Positions 9,594-19,623 of a DNA stretch of 64,000 bases are shown here, piece by piece. The notes under the pieces were generated by a model, which saw only the letters and a list, made by a program, of their open reading frames with translations, had not been told where the DNA came from and did not search any database. Position numbers and translations under genes: made by a program. Position 1 is the first letter of the stretch, and the number at the start of each line of letters is the position of its first letter. The stretch spans positions 161 through 64,160 of the forward strand of contig JBBRPE010000004.1 in NCBI GenBank assembly GCA_038228545.1, read 5' to 3'. The stretch comes from Minisyncoccia bacterium. GTDB taxonomy: Bacteria; Patescibacteriota; Minisyncoccia; Phycocordibacterales; Phycocordibacteraceae.

Positions 9594-11084
9594 GTGGCAG
9601 ATAAAAAAGACAAGGACACGAGCGGTGCGCCGCCTCGCGAGTCAGTCGTGCGGTTCGAAGAGACTTCCTTCGAATACGGTCACAATCACCCCATCCTCAA
9701 CGAGGTGGATTTTTCTTTGCGTAAGGGCATGAAGGTCACGCTCATGGGCCAGAACGGCGCGGGCAAATCAACTATATTCAAACTCATTTCGGGTGAATAT
9801 ACGCCCGAGCGTGGCAAGATTCAGATACCGCGCGGTACCACCATCGCCATGGCGCACCAGGTCATACCACCTGCACTTAAAGAAAAGACAATACGTGAAT
9901 TTTTTGAAGCAAGCTTTACGGAGAAGGTCTACGACATCGACCCGAAGATAGATGCAGTGCTTGAGGTGGTGAATCTCCATGCTCCAAAGGAGCGCATCAT
10001 TAAATCTTTCTCGGGCGGTCAACAGGCACGTCTTTTGCTTGCAAGCGCAATCATTCAGGATCCTGACCTGCTCTTGCTCGACGAGCCGACGAACAATCTC
10101 GATACCGCTGGCATCGAGCATCTTACGGAGTTTCTTAAGAACTACGAGAAGACGTGTCTTGTTATTTCGCATGATGCAGAGTTCCTCAACTCGTTTAGTG
10201 ACGGCGTCCTCTACCTCGATGTACATACGCGCAAGGTCGAGCAGTACTTCGGTAACTACAATGACTTGCTCAAGGAAATAAGTGCTCGCATTGAACGTGA
10301 GAATCGCAAGAATGCGCAGATTGAGAAGAAAATTCAGGACAATAAGGACAAGGCAAACTTCTTTGCGCAGAAGGGAGGTAAGATGCGTCTCGTTGCAAAG
10401 AAGATGCGTGAGGAAATCGAGGAGATGGAAGAGAACAAAGCCGATGTCCGTAAAGAAGATAAGACTATTCGTCCCTTCGTAATACCAAGTCAGCCGGAAA
10501 TTATCGGCGAGCTTCTCACGGTTACATCGTTTACAACTATGGACCCGAAGACGCACAAGCCAAAGTTACAGAAGGCAAGTGTCGTACTTAAAAAGCGCAA
10601 TCATCTATTACTAAGGGGCCCCAACGGTATCGGTAAGACGACTCTTCTTGAATCGCTCGCAAACGGCACTGCGGAAGGTGCACAGATATCAAAAGGTGTT
10701 CGTGTCGGCTACTACCGACAGGACTTCTCCACACTTAACTTTGAGCATACGGTGTATGAAGCACTTGCTGCTGTTATGGAAAAAGTGGACGAGGAACGAC
10801 TCCGTGCGGTCGCGGCTGGCTTCCTGCTTACGGGCGAGCAAATAAAAAAGAAGATAGGTGTGCTATCGGAAGGACAGAAGGGTCTTGTTGCGTTCGCGCG
10901 GCTCGTCCTTGAACGCCCTGGCCTCCTTATTCTTGATGAGCCGACCAACCACATAAACTTCCGCCATCTTCCCGTTATTGCGAAAGCACTTGATGAATAT
11001 GAAGGAGCGATGATACTTGTTTCCCACGTACCTGAATTCGTAGAAAAAATCCGTATCGACGAAATCCTTGACTTGGGGAAGTAA
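9594..11084 (+). CDS. ABC-F family ATPase
   Basis: Two ABC domains (GQNGAGKS, GPNGIGKT; LLDEPTN twice) with a coiled linker and no TM segments. Confidence 0.93.
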   Translation: MADKKDKDTSGAPPRESVVRFEETSFEYGHNHPILNEVDFSLRKGMKVTLMGQNGAGKSTIFKLISGEYTPERGKIQIPRGTTIAMAHQVIPPALKEKTIREFFEASFTEKVYDIDPKIDAVLEVVNLHAPKERIIKSFSGGQQARLLLASAIIQDPDLLLLDEPTNNLDTAGIEHLTEFLKNYEKTCLVISHDAEFLNSFSDGVLYLDVHTRKVEQYFGNYNDLLKEISARIERENRKNAQIEKKIQDNKDKANFFAQKGGKMRLVAKKMREEIEEMEENKADVRKEDKTIRPFVIPSQPEIIGELLTVTSFTTMDPKTHKPKLQKASVVLKKRNHLLLRGPNGIGKTTLLESLANGTAEGAQISKGVRVGYYRQDFSTLNFEHTVYEALAAVMEKVDEERLRAVAAGFLLTGEQIKKKIGVLSEGQKGLVAFARLVLERPGLLILDEPTNHINFRHLPVIAKALDEYEGAMILVSHVPEFVEKIRIDEILDLGK

Positions 11085-11162
11085 TTCTCACCTAGGCCCC
11101 TGAAACAACGACGCCTCGGTGACGAGGTATACTTGTAAGACACTAATTACCTGTAACTTTTT

Positions 11163-11939
11163 ATGAACAAAACGACAAAGGTTCTAGCGGTAGCTGCAGC
11201 AATTGCATTCTGTGCGACCTACGGCGTTGCGTATGCAGCTGACTTGGGACCTGAACAGGGAGTAGTAGGACATCCGGGTCCGTCCCGGATGGGTGGGCAC
11301 GGTTCTGGTACGAGCGAACATGGGGACCGTCCTTTTTCCGGTATGTCGGGACACGGGTCCGGAGAGGGCTCCACCACTGGTATGATGCACGGACCTGGTG
11401 ACCATAGCTCTACAACCTGGCAGAGGGGTATGGGCTCCACTACTTGGAACGGTGGTGATGGTGGAAAGCACGGCTCTACTACTCCTATGACGCGTCCGGG
11501 CATCCATGGTATTCCTGGAACGGTAAGTGTACTTGGTACGAATCAATTCACCCTCACGTTCCCAGGTAAGGACAGTACAACAAATACCTTTACGATAACG
11601 ATAGCTGACTCAACGAAGTTCATGCACGGCTCAACCACAGGATCGTTCAGCGATCTTACGGTGGGGACCAAGGTACTTGTGCAAGGAAAGATAAACACCG
11701 CCACAAAGACGATTGCCGCGGAACGCGTCCTTTTCGGTATGGGTGATGGTGGTTCTATGGGTACGCACGATGGCGGGCATGAAGGCTCAACATCGGATCA
11801 AAACGGTTCGCACAACGGTTTCCTGAACAAGCTCAAGAACATGTTTGGCGGATCACATGGTGACTCCCAGACTTCAGGTGGTGCAGCTGCAGCAGAAGGA
11901 AATGATTTCCTAGGCTCACTCTTTGGCTGGATGCACTAA
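11163..11939 (+). CDS. Secreted Gly/His/Met-rich protein with DUF5666-like OB domain
   Basis: Signal peptide; GSTT repeats; 'T..TKF....GSFSDL.VG..V.VQG......I.A..V' OB-fold motif. Confidence 0.75.
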   Translation: MNKTTKVLAVAAAIAFCATYGVAYAADLGPEQGVVGHPGPSRMGGHGSGTSEHGDRPFSGMSGHGSGEGSTTGMMHGPGDHSSTTWQRGMGSTTWNGGDGGKHGSTTPMTRPGIHGIPGTVSVLGTNQFTLTFPGKDSTTNTFTITIADSTKFMHGSTTGSFSDLTVGTKVLVQGKINTATKTIAAERVLFGMGDGGSMGTHDGGHEGSTSDQNGSHNGFLNKLKNMFGGSHGDSQTSGGAAAAEGNDFLGSLFGWMH

Positions 11940-11947
11940 ATGTTCGT

Positions 11948-11985
11948 ATATAGAAAGGCCCCGTATCCACGGGGCCTTTCTATAT
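11948..11985 (+). terminator. Intrinsic terminator
   Basis: ATATAGAAAGGCCCCGT / ACGGGGCCTTTCTATAT perfect stem. Confidence 0.8.
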
Positions 11986-12036
11986 TTCAAAAACGTACTG
12001 ATTGCCTGCGTCCTCGTGCAGTGGTAGAACAGATAT

Positions 12037-13500
12037 ATGGAGGTTAAGAACAAATTCCCCATTTTAGGGGGCATTATGCTCGCTATGCTGCTTGCAGCGA
12101 TGGATCAAACCATCGTGGCGACGGCGATGCCACAGATAGTACAGCAGCTGCATGGCCTCGAGCACCTCTCGTGGGTCTTCACTGCGTATATGCTCGCTTC
12201 GACCGTGACCGTACCTATATATGGCAAGTTGTCCGATATTTTCGGCCGCCGTACCCTCTATATCGTTGCTATCGTGATATTCCTTATCGGCTCGATTCTG
12301 TCGGGTGCCGCTACCTCCATGCTGCAGCTCATCCTTTTTCGTGGCATTCAGGGTATTGGGGGTGGTGCCATTATGGTGCTCTCGATAGCACTTATCGCTG
12401 ACATTTTCCCGCCGTCCGAGCGTGGTAAGTGGCAGGGCCTTATCGGTGCAGCGTTCGGTGTTGCGGCCATTGCCGGTCCGTTACTGGGCGGATGGATTAC
12501 AGACAACGTCTCATGGCGCTGGGTCTTTTACGTCAACATTCCGCTCGCAATCCTCGCTATCGTGGTACTCATGGCGACACTTCCAAAGATAGCCAAGAAA
12601 GCAGAGCGCCCGAAGATTGATTATCTGGGAGCGCTTCTTATCGCGACTACACTCGTGCCGTTTCTGCTCGCTATGGTATGGGGAGGTAGTACGTACGCAT
12701 GGACGAGTAGTGAAGTTCTTTCGTTGTTCGGTATTTCGTTCATCTCTCTATTTTTCTTCGTCTGGCGCGAAGAAAGTATCCCGGAGCCGATTCTTTCACT
12801 TCGACTTTTCCAGTCGAGGATATTTACCGTATCAGTGCTTGCGACCTTCCTCTCAGCAATGGGCATGTTCGGAGCCATTCTCTATATCCCGCTTTTTTCT
12901 CAAACCATTCTTCACACAAGCGCTACCGTCTCAGGCCTTGCACTCACGCCGATGATGCTCGCGCTCGTCGTTTCTTCTGCTGGTTCTGGCCAGATAGTAT
13001 CGCGCACTGGTACATATAAATGGCTCGTTGTCGCTGGTCTCGCGCTTGTAGCTATTGCCGTTTTCTCCTTCTCGACCGTTGGGCCTGCCACTACCACGTG
13101 GGGGCTCGCACTGCGCATGGTAGTGCTGGGCTTTGGTCTTGGTCCTACGATGTCGACGTTCGTGCTGGTTGTGCAGAGTGCATTCGATCCACGTCGCACG
13201 GGAGAAGTCACCGCTGCCGTACAAATGTTCCGCACGGTCGGTGGTACGGTGGGTACCGCTGTACTTGGTGGTGTGATGAATGCGGAACGTGCACGACAGC
13301 TTACAACCGGCGCATCGGAAACTATCGCTTTCAGCAGGGCTGTAGATCATGTATTTCTTATCGCTACCGTATTTATGGTTGTTGCATTTCTCATCGTACT
13401 TTTCTTACCGCAGATTGCGCTTCGCAAATCCAATCGCCCAGTACTTGAGGAGATAGGCATCGAACTCGAGGAGGAACTTTCTCAGGGCGAGCCGGGGTAG
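12037..13500 (+). CDS. MFS DHA2 (EmrB/QacA-type) drug efflux transporter
   Basis: LAAMDQTIVATAMP; GKLSDIFGRR; WRWVFYVNIP; about 14 TM segments. Confidence 0.93.
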   Translation: MEVKNKFPILGGIMLAMLLAAMDQTIVATAMPQIVQQLHGLEHLSWVFTAYMLASTVTVPIYGKLSDIFGRRTLYIVAIVIFLIGSILSGAATSMLQLILFRGIQGIGGGAIMVLSIALIADIFPPSERGKWQGLIGAAFGVAAIAGPLLGGWITDNVSWRWVFYVNIPLAILAIVVLMATLPKIAKKAERPKIDYLGALLIATTLVPFLLAMVWGGSTYAWTSSEVLSLFGISFISLFFFVWREESIPEPILSLRLFQSRIFTVSVLATFLSAMGMFGAILYIPLFSQTILHTSATVSGLALTPMMLALVVSSAGSGQIVSRTGTYKWLVVAGLALVAIAVFSFSTVGPATTTWGLALRMVVLGFGLGPTMSTFVLVVQSAFDPRRTGEVTAAVQMFRTVGGTVGTAVLGGVMNAERARQLTTGASETIAFSRAVDHVFLIATVFMVVAFLIVLFLPQIALRKSNRPVLEEIGIELEEELSQGEPG

Positions 13501-13544
13501 TTTATTCTTCTGATACCATAGAGCTATACCATTAGCTCTCGGAT

Positions 13545-14138
13545 ATGAATACGAACGTTATCATTGGAATTGTAGTTGCGGCGATTATCGTTATTGGAGG
13601 AGGTGTTTGGTACACAACCAGTCACCAGACACCGACAGTAACCGCAACTCAGACTGCGGAAACCGGCACACAGCCAACAGCAAATCCCTCAGGTTCGGGT
13701 TCTATAAATGATCTCGCGCTTATGGCGGGCTCGCTTCAGTGTGACGTTACTTCCACTGATACGACGTCGGCATTTACCGGCAAAGTCTATACGTCGGGCG
13801 GACAGATGCGTGTCGACTCGGTCGTGAATTCCTCGGGCAAAACAATCAACTCACATATGATTCGCGGAGGTGGTTTCTTCTACACCTGGAGCGATCTTAT
13901 GCCGCAAGGAATAAAAATTCCTGAAAGTATGGCTACTGCACAGTCAGGAAATGCTCCTGCACCCGCTTCTTCTCGTGGCAGTGTAAACAGTACGGCAAAA
14001 GTCAGCTACACCTGTCTTCCTTGGATTGCCGATACGAGCGTCTTTACGCCGCCAGCAAACATTACATTCATGACGATTCCAACCTCGGCAACTACTATGC
14101 CGCACGGCGTGCCAACTCCGACACACGCTACGTACTAA
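13545..14138 (+). CDS. Hypothetical membrane-anchored protein
   Basis: N-terminal TM anchor, Thr-rich linker, Cys pair, C-terminal 'FTPPANITF' motif. Confidence 0.75.
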   Translation: MNTNVIIGIVVAAIIVIGGGVWYTTSHQTPTVTATQTAETGTQPTANPSGSGSINDLALMAGSLQCDVTSTDTTSAFTGKVYTSGGQMRVDSVVNSSGKTINSHMIRGGGFFYTWSDLMPQGIKIPESMATAQSGNAPAPASSRGSVNSTAKVSYTCLPWIADTSVFTPPANITFMTIPTSATTMPHGVPTPTHATY

Positions 14139-14395
14139 TGCGTCCGTACGTCGTCTATCTACTGCGCTGCGCTGATGGAACGTTCTACACCGGAATTACG
14201 ACCGATATAACGCGGCGTGTTCGGGAGCACAACCAGGGCACACGCGGAGCGAAGTACACAAAAGCCAGACGGCCGGTAGAGCTCGTCTATCAGGAACAAT
14301 CTTCTTCCAGAAGCGACGCGCAAAAGCGAGAATACGCCGTGCGTACGCTACCTCGTACAGAAAAACAGAAGCTCGCGCGGGTAAAGTCTCCTTGA
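14138..14395 (+). CDS. GIY-YIG nuclease family protein (UPF0213)
   Basis: VYLLRCADGTFYTGITTD..RR..EHN.G..GAKYT..RRPV. Confidence 0.92.
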   Translation: MRPYVVYLLRCADGTFYTGITTDITRRVREHNQGTRGAKYTKARRPVELVYQEQSSSRSDAQKREYAVRTLPRTEKQKLARVKSP

Positions 14396-14420
14396 CCTAG
14401 GGTCGGTACCCCCGTATCGT
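14381..14420 (+). promoter_or_regulatory. sigma70 promoter of the XRE gene with putative operator GTAAAG-N4-CTTGAC over the -35
   Basis: TTGACC (14392-97), N17, TATCGT (14415-20); operator at 14381-14396. Confidence 0.65.
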
Positions 14421-14430
14421 AGGGAACGGC

Positions 14431-14643
14431 ATGAGAGAAGTCATACATACCACAGTCTATAATCTGCGTACAAACGTAGGAAGCACACAGGAAGAGCTTG
14501 CGACAGCTCTGGGTGTCTCACGCCAGACTGTTATAGCCATTGAAAAAGGGAATTACACGCCTTCGATTCTCCTTGCGCTTAAAATTGCACAGTATTTTAA
14601 AAAGCCCGTTGAACATATATTCACCATTGCCCATGAAAAATAA
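14431..14643 (+). CDS. XRE-family HTH transcriptional regulator
   Basis: [31 protein letters not shown]. Confidence 0.93.
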   Translation: MREVIHTTVYNLRTNVGSTQEELATALGVSRQTVIAIEKGNYTPSILLALKIAQYFKKPVEHIFTIAHEK

Positions 14644-14992
14644 TCTCATCGAGATAGGCGTGCTTCTCGTACTTATCGTGCTCGGCATTGTCATTCTGAA
14701 TCCACTCCATCTCTGGATGCCTGACATGATGCATGTAACGGTTCTCGCGGGCTTGCTGGTATTCTTTGCTGCGCTTGCGGCGTTTGTAGTTCAGGAAAAA
14801 GACGGCGACGAACGTGAGAATATGTTGCGTATGCTTGCAGGACGCATCGGCTACCTGGCAGGAGCTGCAGTGCTTGTTGCTGCTATCGCTATCCAAGGTT
14901 TCCATGGAGGCACCGACCCATGGCTTGTGCTTGCACTTCTTGCCATGCTTATCGCTAAGCTTGGTGTTCACCTCTATATCTCGAACCGGTAG
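14633..14992 (+). CDS. 4-TM membrane protein (DUF2178-like, XRE partner)
   Basis: DERE motif between TM pairs; overlaps the XRE stop codon. Confidence 0.75.
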   Translation: MKNNLIEIGVLLVLIVLGIVILNPLHLWMPDMMHVTVLAGLLVFFAALAAFVVQEKDGDERENMLRMLAGRIGYLAGAAVLVAAIAIQGFHGGTDPWLVLALLAMLIAKLGVHLYISNR

Positions 14993-14997
14993 CTGTG

Positions 14998-15045
14998 GAT
15001 AAGATGTAAAGTGCTCTTTACATCTTATCGGTCCGCCCGTATCAT
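14998..15045 (+). promoter_or_regulatory. dipZ promoter with a 14-bp perfect palindrome (putative XRE operator)
   Basis: GATAAGATGTAAAG-tgct-CTTTACATCTTATC overlapping TTTACA, N17, TATCAT; ATG 6 nt downstream. Confidence 0.65.
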
Positions 15046-15051
15046 GAAGGA

Positions 15052-16839
15052 ATGTTCCTACTCATACTTTCGTTCGTTGCTGGTGTTCTTACGGTTCTTG
15101 CTCCTTGCACATTGCCGCTACTCCCGGTGATTGTGGGGGAGGCTGCCGGAGGAACGAGTCGTCATCGTGCACTTGTTGTTATAGGCTCGCTCGGTGTTTC
15201 GCTTTTTGCGTTCACTTTTCTGCTTAAAGTATCAACTGTTTTCATACATGTTCCGCCGTCCGTCTGGGCATGGATATCAGGAGGACTCATCACCATCTTC
15301 GGACTCATTACGCTCTTCCCTGAAATATGGGAACGCTTTTCGTTTGCGAACTCCCTTAATAAGGCGTCCAATCGTGCCATGGGAAAGGGCTACCTTAAGA
15401 AAAGTCTTGCGGGTGACATTCTTATAGGCGCTGCTCTGGGTCCCGTCTTCTCCAGTTGTAGCCCGACGTACTTCATAATTCTCGCTACTATTCTCCCGAC
15501 GAATCTCACACTCGGTGTCGTGTACCTCACGGTATACGTCCTCGGGCTCTGTCTCGCGCTCTTCCTCATAGCACTTCTGGGACAGCGCATCATTGGAAAG
15601 CTTGACGGCATTTCTGATCCTCACGGCTGGTTCAAGCGTTCGCTTGGTGTGCTCTTTATACTCGTCGGTCTCGCAGTCTTCTTTGGGGTGGATAAGTCCA
15701 TTGAAAGCGGTATTGCCGCACATGCAGGTGCATTCGATGTCACAAAAGTGGAACAGAAGCTCTTGCTAGACCATCAAAATTCGACGGAAGCAGCAACGGC
15801 GTCCTCAACCTCAGCGAATTCACAGACAGTACCGGGCACTACCGTGACGCCTTCCGGAACGTTGATTACCCAAGCCGAGAAGATGCTCCGTTACAAGAAG
15901 GAGCCTGAACTTGCTGGTATCGACGCGTACCTTAATACGGGCGGACAAAAGATATCGCTCGCGCAGTACAAGGGCAAGAACGTGGTCCTTGTAGACTTCT
16001 GGACGTATAGCTGTATCAACTGTCAGCGTACACTTCCATATCTCACAAAGTGGTACGGAAAGTACAAGGATCAGGGGCTTGTCATAATCGGCGTACATAC
16101 ACCTGAATTTGCGTTTGAACACCTACAGACGAACGTTCAGGATGCACTCACACGCTTCGGTATCGAATACCCAGTCGTCCTTGATAACGAGTATTCGACC
16201 TGGAATGCATTCGGTAATCAGTTCTGGCCACGTGAATATCTTATCGATATCGACGGCTATATCGTGCATGACCATGCCGGAGAAGGTGAGTACGATGTGA
16301 CAGAGAAAGCGATTCAGACAGCGCTTGCAGAACGGGCAACGCGCCTCGGCACTGGCGCGCAGGTTCCAGGCGGTACGGTATCGGTTGCTCCGGCAGACCT
16401 TACCGGCATAGGAAGCCCTGAAACATACTTCGGCTCCGCACGAAATCAATTCTTTGCGAATGGCGCTCCGTTTACTGCTGGTGCTCAGACGCCAACACTT
16501 CCACAAGCCTTCAGTCTGAATAAACTCTATCTTGGTGGGGCATGGAATTTCTCAGACCAATACGCGACGGCGGGTGCGGGAAGCGAAGTGGTGTACCACT
16601 ATCGTTCAAAGGACGTCTATCTGGTAGCGAGCTCAGACAGCTCGGCAGACGTTGAAGTAACTCAAGATGGGAATGCACTCGGAAGCGTTGCGGGGGCTGA
16701 TGTGTCAGTTACGAGTGTCGTTACTATCGGTACAAGCAGGCTCTACAAAATAGTATCGAATCCGTCTTCAGGCGACCATGTGCTTCATTTCAAAGTGAAG
16801 AGCGGAACGGTTCACTTCTTTACCTTTACCTTTGGGTAA
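15052..16839 (+). CDS. dipZ: DipZ: CcdA/DsbD membrane domain + thioredoxin-like domain + C-terminal beta domain
   Basis: LAPCTLPLLP; SSCSPT; DFWTYSCINCQRTLP; GVHTPEF; SPETYFG. Confidence 0.9.
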   Translation: MFLLILSFVAGVLTVLAPCTLPLLPVIVGEAAGGTSRHRALVVIGSLGVSLFAFTFLLKVSTVFIHVPPSVWAWISGGLITIFGLITLFPEIWERFSFANSLNKASNRAMGKGYLKKSLAGDILIGAALGPVFSSCSPTYFIILATILPTNLTLGVVYLTVYVLGLCLALFLIALLGQRIIGKLDGISDPHGWFKRSLGVLFILVGLAVFFGVDKSIESGIAAHAGAFDVTKVEQKLLLDHQNSTEAATASSTSANSQTVPGTTVTPSGTLITQAEKMLRYKKEPELAGIDAYLNTGGQKISLAQYKGKNVVLVDFWTYSCINCQRTLPYLTKWYGKYKDQGLVIIGVHTPEFAFEHLQTNVQDALTRFGIEYPVVLDNEYSTWNAFGNQFWPREYLIDIDGYIVHDHAGEGEYDVTEKAIQTALAERATRLGTGAQVPGGTVSVAPADLTGIGSPETYFGSARNQFFANGAPFTAGAQTPTLPQAFSLNKLYLGGAWNFSDQYATAGAGSEVVYHYRSKDVYLVASSDSSADVEVTQDGNALGSVAGADVSVTSVVTIGTSRLYKIVSNPSSGDHVLHFKVKSGTVHFFTFTFG

Positions 16840-16863
16840 ACCTTCGTGTGCTAGCATTTCAGT

Positions 16864-17481
16864 ATGGAAACAAAGCCTCTGAACGTCCTCATACTCAATG
16901 CATCGCTTAAACACGGATCTGAACCATCCGCCACTGAAGAAGTGGCCGAAATGGTTGTCTCCAAAATGAGGGAACTTGATGCGGTTCAGAGTGTATCCGT
17001 GCGTTTGTCAGATATGAATATTCCGGTCGGACTGGGTTACAAAGAGAGCGAAGACGACGAGTGGCCGAGTATCGTCGATAAGATTATCGTTGCGGATATC
17101 GTACTGTTTGCGACTCCCATATGGTGGGGTGGGCGCTCGAGTCTTATGCAGCGGGTGATTGAGCGTATGGACGCGTTTGACGAGGGCACTGTTCCTGAAG
17201 GTCGTGCCGCGCTTCTGAATAAAGTGGCGGGGATAGTCATCACTGGCAGTGAAGACGGTGCGCAGGCCGTACTGGCCGGGCTCATGGAAGCGCTTTCGTT
17301 TTTCAACTTTACGCTTCCGCCTCAGTGTTGCACCTACTGGGTAGGAGAAGTCGGTATGGATCCAAAGACGGATTCAGAGCGTCGCCGCAAGAATCCTGCG
17401 GTAGAACATATGGCGACGGCAACTGCTAAAGGACTTGTCCACTACGCTCGTCTCATTTCGATTAATCCTCTGTCAAAATAG
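16864..17481 (+). CDS. Flavodoxin-fold NAD(P)H-dependent FMN reductase family protein
   Basis: LNASLK; ATPIWWG..SS...RVIER; ITGSEDGA. Confidence 0.85.
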   Translation: METKPLNVLILNASLKHGSEPSATEEVAEMVVSKMRELDAVQSVSVRLSDMNIPVGLGYKESEDDEWPSIVDKIIVADIVLFATPIWWGGRSSLMQRVIERMDAFDEGTVPEGRAALLNKVAGIVITGSEDGAQAVLAGLMEALSFFNFTLPPQCCTYWVGEVGMDPKTDSERRRKNPAVEHMATATAKGLVHYARLISINPLSK

Positions 17482-17485
17482 AGGG

Positions 17486-18706
17486 ATGGACATATTTACA
17501 CAGCTCGTGGGCTTTCTTACCGGCCTCGGTCTCATTATCGTAAGTATTTTTGGTGGCCAAACGAATATAGCTTCAACTGCATCCTCTCTCGTTGACACAC
17601 CAAGCGAAGTGGCTACCGTAGCGACCGCGACAGTCAATACGTCAAACACCGTCTCAAAAGGCTATAGCCAAGCAGAATTGCTTGCAATGGCAGGGGACAA
17701 ATACGCAAACGGAAGTGTACCGCTTGGCGACTACAAATATGTGACATCGGCAGCAAAGAAGGGATACGTCTATCTCTGTAATGTGCACAAAGACAATCCA
17801 GGCTCAATGGTGAATGGCCCGTGGATTACCGGCAGTACATGGAACTTCAAGAAAAAAGTAACTGTCGATGGTGCTATCACCTGGAAGCAAGCGACATTCT
17901 CGAATGTGATTTCCGGCGCGTATCGCGTCATGACTGGTAACGACTTGCCGGTTGGTCAGACGACCGGCGTGTTTCCGGTAGCAAGTTCGGATGACGCGCA
18001 CGCATACGATCCGAATCCGAATACCATTAAGGTACAGACGCAGAAGAACACCTTGCCTGCGACACCAGTCTATTCCGCGACACCCTACTGTATGGGCGGG
18101 GAAGTCGGCGTGATGAAAAACGGTGTCGCGCTCTTCAATGGATTTGATGCAGGGCTTCGCGATGCCGCAGCTCACGAGGTCCAGGATTCTAACGACGGTC
18201 ACCCACAAGGCTCAGGAGAGTATCATTACCATAGTCTTCCTGCTTTCTTGTATAACGCCACGGTCTTTACGGTTATCGGTTTTGCCTATGATGGCTTTCC
18301 GATAACCGGGCCTGTCGTCACTGATGGCAAATATCTCACCACGGACAATCTGGATGAATGTCACGGACTTACCAGTACGGTTACGCTCGATGGTAAGCAG
18401 GTAACAACCTATCACTACGTAATGACGTACGACTTCCCATACTCAGCGAGCTGCTTCCGCGGCAAGTCTTCCTTTGTGAGCTCGCCTAATGGCGCTCCGC
18501 AATCGGGTGGTGCTGGGGCCACATCTGCTTCGTCAGCTGGACCGTCGTCGGGCGGTACTCCGCCACAAGAAGCCATAACCGCCTGTACCAGCAAAGCGAC
18601 AAACGCGTCCTGTTCCTTTACCGGAGGCCAGGGTGAGACAGTCTCAGGTACCTGCAAGACCCCACCTGGGAGCTCATCTTCTGCGTGCGTTCCCACAAAT
18701 AGATAA
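17486..18706 (+). CDS. Membrane-anchored YHYH-domain protein
   Basis: GHPQGSGEYHYH, GFAYDGFPI, LDECHG, TYHYVMT; C-terminal PPQEA..AC Cys motif. Confidence 0.88.
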   Translation: MDIFTQLVGFLTGLGLIIVSIFGGQTNIASTASSLVDTPSEVATVATATVNTSNTVSKGYSQAELLAMAGDKYANGSVPLGDYKYVTSAAKKGYVYLCNVHKDNPGSMVNGPWITGSTWNFKKKVTVDGAITWKQATFSNVISGAYRVMTGNDLPVGQTTGVFPVASSDDAHAYDPNPNTIKVQTQKNTLPATPVYSATPYCMGGEVGVMKNGVALFNGFDAGLRDAAAHEVQDSNDGHPQGSGEYHYHSLPAFLYNATVFTVIGFAYDGFPITGPVVTDGKYLTTDNLDECHGLTSTVTLDGKQVTTYHYVMTYDFPYSASCFRGKSSFVSSPNGAPQSGGAGATSASSAGPSSGGTPPQEAITACTSKATNASCSFTGGQGETVSGTCKTPPGSSSSACVPTNR

Positions 18707-18809
18707 CAATCGAATTGTACGTAGTAGCCGTCGACAGATCACTTTTGTTTAAAGTGTTGCCCTACACAAAGGCCCCACGGATTTCTCCGCGGGGCTGCTT
18801 CTCTCTCCA

Positions 18810-19550
18810 TCAAATGACCTTTCCGTCGGCGAATCGTCCGGTTCGCCGTGCCGCCTCGCTCCAAAGTGCACGGCGTATTGCGAACTGAGTGTGTTTGTTA
18901 TCGGAGAAATGCGGAGTTTGAATACTCCTGAACATGGCACCGATTGCCAGGGTCACGTCGTGATCTTTGAAGTTGTTCTCCCTGATTATTATCTTGTTTT
19001 TCCAGTTCGCGGCGAGTCCGGCAAGTGTTTTTGCATCACGATTCCGGTGTACTCCTTTGCTTAACAGAGTTGGAATATGCGTAGCAATCTTTACTATAAC
19101 GAACTCGTTTTCCACGACCATTCTTGAGATGTAGTCTTCAGGAGTTTCATTCGTCGGTTGTGCCACTGGCCTCATCGACACGTTTCGTCGTGGTTCTTCT
19201 CGACGTATGACTGGCGGCCGATGCTCTGGGGCATGCACTGCCGAAGTAACGGCTGCCGGCCGTGCGGCCGATTTTGGCCGCACGGCGTCTACACCGCTCT
19301 TGGTGTGAAAGTCGCAAAGACCAGTTTTCGGGTTTACCCGCCCCTGCTCGTGCTCGGAAGCATCCTGCCTAAAGCAGGGAATGCATCGTCGCGACGGAGA
19401 GGGACAGCTGGTGCAGAGCGTCTTGTTTGTGACAGTCCCGGACGCGCTCACACAAGCATCGTGCGTGACTGCGCGCATATAGACGCCGCAGGCCTCATAG
19501 CCGCCGCCTGCCTGTGGTGAAAGCACGGCACTCCTTGTTGAAATAGGCAT
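18810..19550 (-). CDS. Hypothetical protein with a Cys-rich N-terminal (putative Zn-binding) region
   Basis: GGAG SD before ATG 19550; C..C, CTSC, CIPC and CDFH motifs. Confidence 0.65.
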   Translation of the reverse strand: MPISTRSAVLSPQAGGGYEACGVYMRAVTHDACVSASGTVTNKTLCTSCPSPSRRCIPCFRQDASEHEQGRVNPKTGLCDFHTKSGVDAVRPKSAARPAAVTSAVHAPEHRPPVIRREEPRRNVSMRPVAQPTNETPEDYISRMVVENEFVIVKIATHIPTLLSKGVHRNRDAKTLAGLAANWKNKIIIRENNFKDHDVTLAIGAMFRSIQTPHFSDNKHTQFAIRRALWSEAARRTGRFADGKVI

Positions 19551-19623
19551 GGAATAACTCCGTGATGTGCCCGGACAGGATCGTCCAGGGGGAGTATGCA
19601 CTTGTTTTTCGTACCTGCAAATC

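Noticed and set aside
14994-15029. Replication origin
   Set aside because: Single DnaA box, no cluster or unwinding element, no dnaA/dnaN nearby
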